A DNA stretch of 64,000 bases from Takakia lepidozioides (Eukaryota > Plantae > Bryophyta): contig CM060731.1 of the NCBI GenBank assembly GCA_030704615.1, positions 64,728,001 through 64,792,000 on the forward strand, in the 5' to 3' direction. Both the position numbers and the translations under genes were made by a program. The notes below the pieces were generated by a model, which saw nothing but the letters and a program-made list of their open reading frames with translations, did no database searches and was not told the DNA's origin. Positions 61,425 to 64,000 of this stretch are shown here, in pieces (positions within the stretch are counted from its first letter, which is position 1; each line of letters begins with the position of its first letter).

Positions 61425-64000
61425 CATGACATAACAAAATTGGAGAGTGATTTTGTGCATGGATACAGACTTGGTGCTCAAGTTTTTTATGTGTCACTGA
61501 CGGATATAAATGGGAAAAACACATTAGTGTCTCCAGAGATCAGTGATAACTGGGATGAGTGCTAGAAAGATGCCAATGAGGAGTTCGAGCTGGGCCTCAT
61601 GATGGGAAAGAACACCCAGCAATTCTGCAACCACATGTTCTACGTCTGGGACGGCAACCACCGATTGCTGGCATGGATGGGATACATCCAGAAACACCAT
61701 GCGAAAGACAAAGACAAGCATGTTGTTGTGGAGGCAATGGTTTTGGATCCTGGAAACGACATCGCTAGGCTTCTTACAGCTATGCACGACGTGAACAAGT
61801 AAGTCATCCTAGAGATTTCATTCCCTCTGTAGTGTCTTGTTAATCCCCAAAAAACAGAGTTAATGAGTGCAATGTTTGCAATGTTTTTGCAGATCGACAG
61901 AGAAATCACATGTGACAACAAGCTTGGTCCACACACACTACTCCAAATTCAGAGGATTGGTCTGATGAAGCTGGATGATTTTCGGACAGTACTCCCACCC
62001 AATATAATCAAGAAGTGCGAAACAGGAAGAGCTGCAGGCACTTGGTATTCTTTGACTCGAGAGGCGTTTCTGGAGTACATGTATGCGATAAGCCCGAGTC
62101 TGTACTCAGTTTACTTTTTGAATACATGTTTGTAGTCCCTTCGGTGCTAATAACTATTTGAATCAATGCAGCAAGAACTGGCAGAGGCAGCTGAGAAGGG
62201 AAAATCCGAATATTACCGCACTACAACAGAGGAACTAAGAACATCAAAGGGTGTGGAAGCAGCAATAAAGAAGGAGTTTGAAATGGGAAGAACCAAATTG
62301 ATGTCCGCCTTCAGAAAGCAGCTTAGAATAGTAGATCCTGGACTTGGTTCTGAGTTCCTTCAGCAGATCAAATCTCACTATGACAAGCATGTGCATCCGG
62401 AGATGCAGCAGGAGAAATTGCACCGGTTGGCCATATCCATGGTCGACCCACAAACAAAAATAAGGTGGCTGGAGATATGGAACTCAGATCAGACAGTAAA
62501 GGACTTGAATCAGTTCCCAAAGAGCACCATACAGCCTGGCACAAAGGTGGAAGGAATCAGTGATTTGGTGTTTGATAACTGGCTCCACAAGGCTACATTT
62601 TGGAGTCAAGTGTGTATTCAAATAAGCCGTTTTCTTTTCTTCAATTATGTGATGAATACCTTATTTGCAATACTGACAAATATACAATTTGCAGCTCGAA
62701 AAGCGCGCCGTCATTGTGCTGGAACAGACTTTGAAGGACTTGAACATTTCGATTGTTTCCCCTCCCCAAATGTCATTGGAGGCATACATAAGGAAGTGGA
62801 GAGGTCTCACCTGGAGATACTGTTTTTTCCGGGAGTTCTCCAAAGATGGTAACATTTTACGGTCCAACGACTTTGACAGTCAGGTTGGAGGAGAGTGGGC
62901 CATGATGCGAGTTGTATACAGGTGCAATATCATACTGGAAACTCTACTGCATTTTTTGGGAAATAATTTGGCTTCATAAGGATTGTAATCATAGATCCAA
63001 ATTGAATGTCGTTGACGACATTCACTTATTTGTCTGAGTCATTCTTAAGCGAGAATTTGAATTCACCTGGATTAGGAGCTTAGGGGTAATTATAGTGTCC
63101 CTGATTAGAATTGATAATGTCCCTGAATGGCGTTGACGACATTCACATCCAGAGTTGTTGAGAGGTCCTTAGAGTTATGTACGTTTTTGTAATGTCCATA
63201 GATTTTACAGTGAGGGTTCCTCACTTCAGTTTGCTGAATGTTAATGCAGACAATCAGTTGTTTTGCATTGCTTTTGCCTCTTGTGAGAAATCTTGAGGCT
63301 TGATTAGTTGTGTTATCAGAGATCCGGGGTCAATGTCGTTGACGACATTCACTTCTATGTCTATGTCATTCACCAGCGACAATTTGAATTTATATGGATT
63401 GGGAGCTAATTAAATGGTTCCTTGTTGGTAATTTTGTGAATGGCGTTGACGCCATTCACATCCACTGTTATTATGAGGTCCTCAGTGTTATGTTCGTTAT
63501 GAATGTCAATTGGAAACTAGTTTTTGGGGAGGGTTCCTTAGTTGACTTTCTGTTTTCCATCAAATGATTTTGCCTTTTTTGGCTTGATTAGCAGTGTATT
63601 CACAAATCCAAAGTGAATGTCGTTGACGACATTCACTTCTATGTCTGTGTCAATCCAAAGCGAGAGTTTGCATTCACGTGGATTAGGGTGTTTTTACAGT
63701 ATCATTGAATGGAATGTTTTGAATGGCGTTGACAACATTCACATCCGGAGCAGTCGTGTGGTCCTGAAAGGTCCTTGGAGCAGTTCTCAGAGCCATTTCA
63801 TTCTATGTTTTTTTTCATTCTGTGCTACTTGTATCTTACTCACTTCGCGCTTTGGTGGGTTGGGATTTATCTTCTGTTTAACAAGTACACGAAATATGTG
63901 CTTATGGAAGGAAATCAGCTGAGCGGTATTCCAGACTATCTTGACATGTGGTCGGACCCTGCAAACGATCCAACCATGTATACTGCAGGGATATTGAAGG
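61425..64000 (+). pseudogene. Multi-exon ParB/Sulfiredoxin-like (DGNHR) gene, probably TE-borne, continues beyond the window
   Basis: HDITKLESDFVHGYRLGAQVFYVSL...W DEC*..NEEFE..MFYVWDGNHRLLAW. Putative introns 61799-61892, ~62088-62171 (degenerate donor), 62610-62694 and 62884-63885. Open exon 63886-64000. TAG at 61563 and a CA-slippage frameshift near 61935. Confidence 0.6.
63003..63741. repeat. Six palindromic TGAATG[T/G]CGT-TG-ACG[A/C]CATTCA repeats in three ~300-bp units
   Basis: Copies at 63003, 63124, 63330, 63435, 63611 and 63720. Confidence 0.9.

Noticed and set aside
63003-63741. CRISPR array of palindromic repeats
   Set aside because: Spacers are 85-185 bp and homologous to each other in alternation, and there are no cas genes.

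Overview
Eukaryotic nuclear DNA from a non-seed land plant, most likely a bryophyte (inferred from gene and transposon types). It is rich in transposable elements. Intact host-like genes: a 7-exon NPH3/RPT2-like BTB gene (24741-28346, -), a small 2-exon gene missed by the ORF track (22795-23518, +) and an intact 26-repeat PLS-E-DYW RNA-editing PPR ORF (35172-38615, -). The main observation is that this PPR-DYW ORF is the last exon of a larger gene. Its upstream exons (38590-40840) encode a targeting-peptide-like leader and tandem OSB-type 'PDF' ssDNA-binding motifs (WxEFFxDPSQWWDNRxxK|xxPxxPDFKHKxTxxxLWID), i.e. an ssDNA-binding-motif/PPR/cytidine-deaminase fusion whose N-terminal part is now decayed. 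The locus was duplicated in inverted orientation. The second copy is a pseudogene interrupted by a LINE and truncated by a GC-rich, fungal-type HET-domain fragment. The right end carries an intron-containing ParB/Srx-like (DGNHR) gene whose long putative intron holds six copies of a ~22-28 bp palindrome. Other elements: four copies of an RTEX-like LINE abutting CT-rich tracts, CRE and L1 remnants, a hAT MITE with an 8-bp TSD, a SWIM-domain element joined to a Gypsy pol fragment with extra ORFs, LRR pseudogenes and a 71-bp higher-order satellite. All family assignments come from motif recognition by eye; no searches were run.
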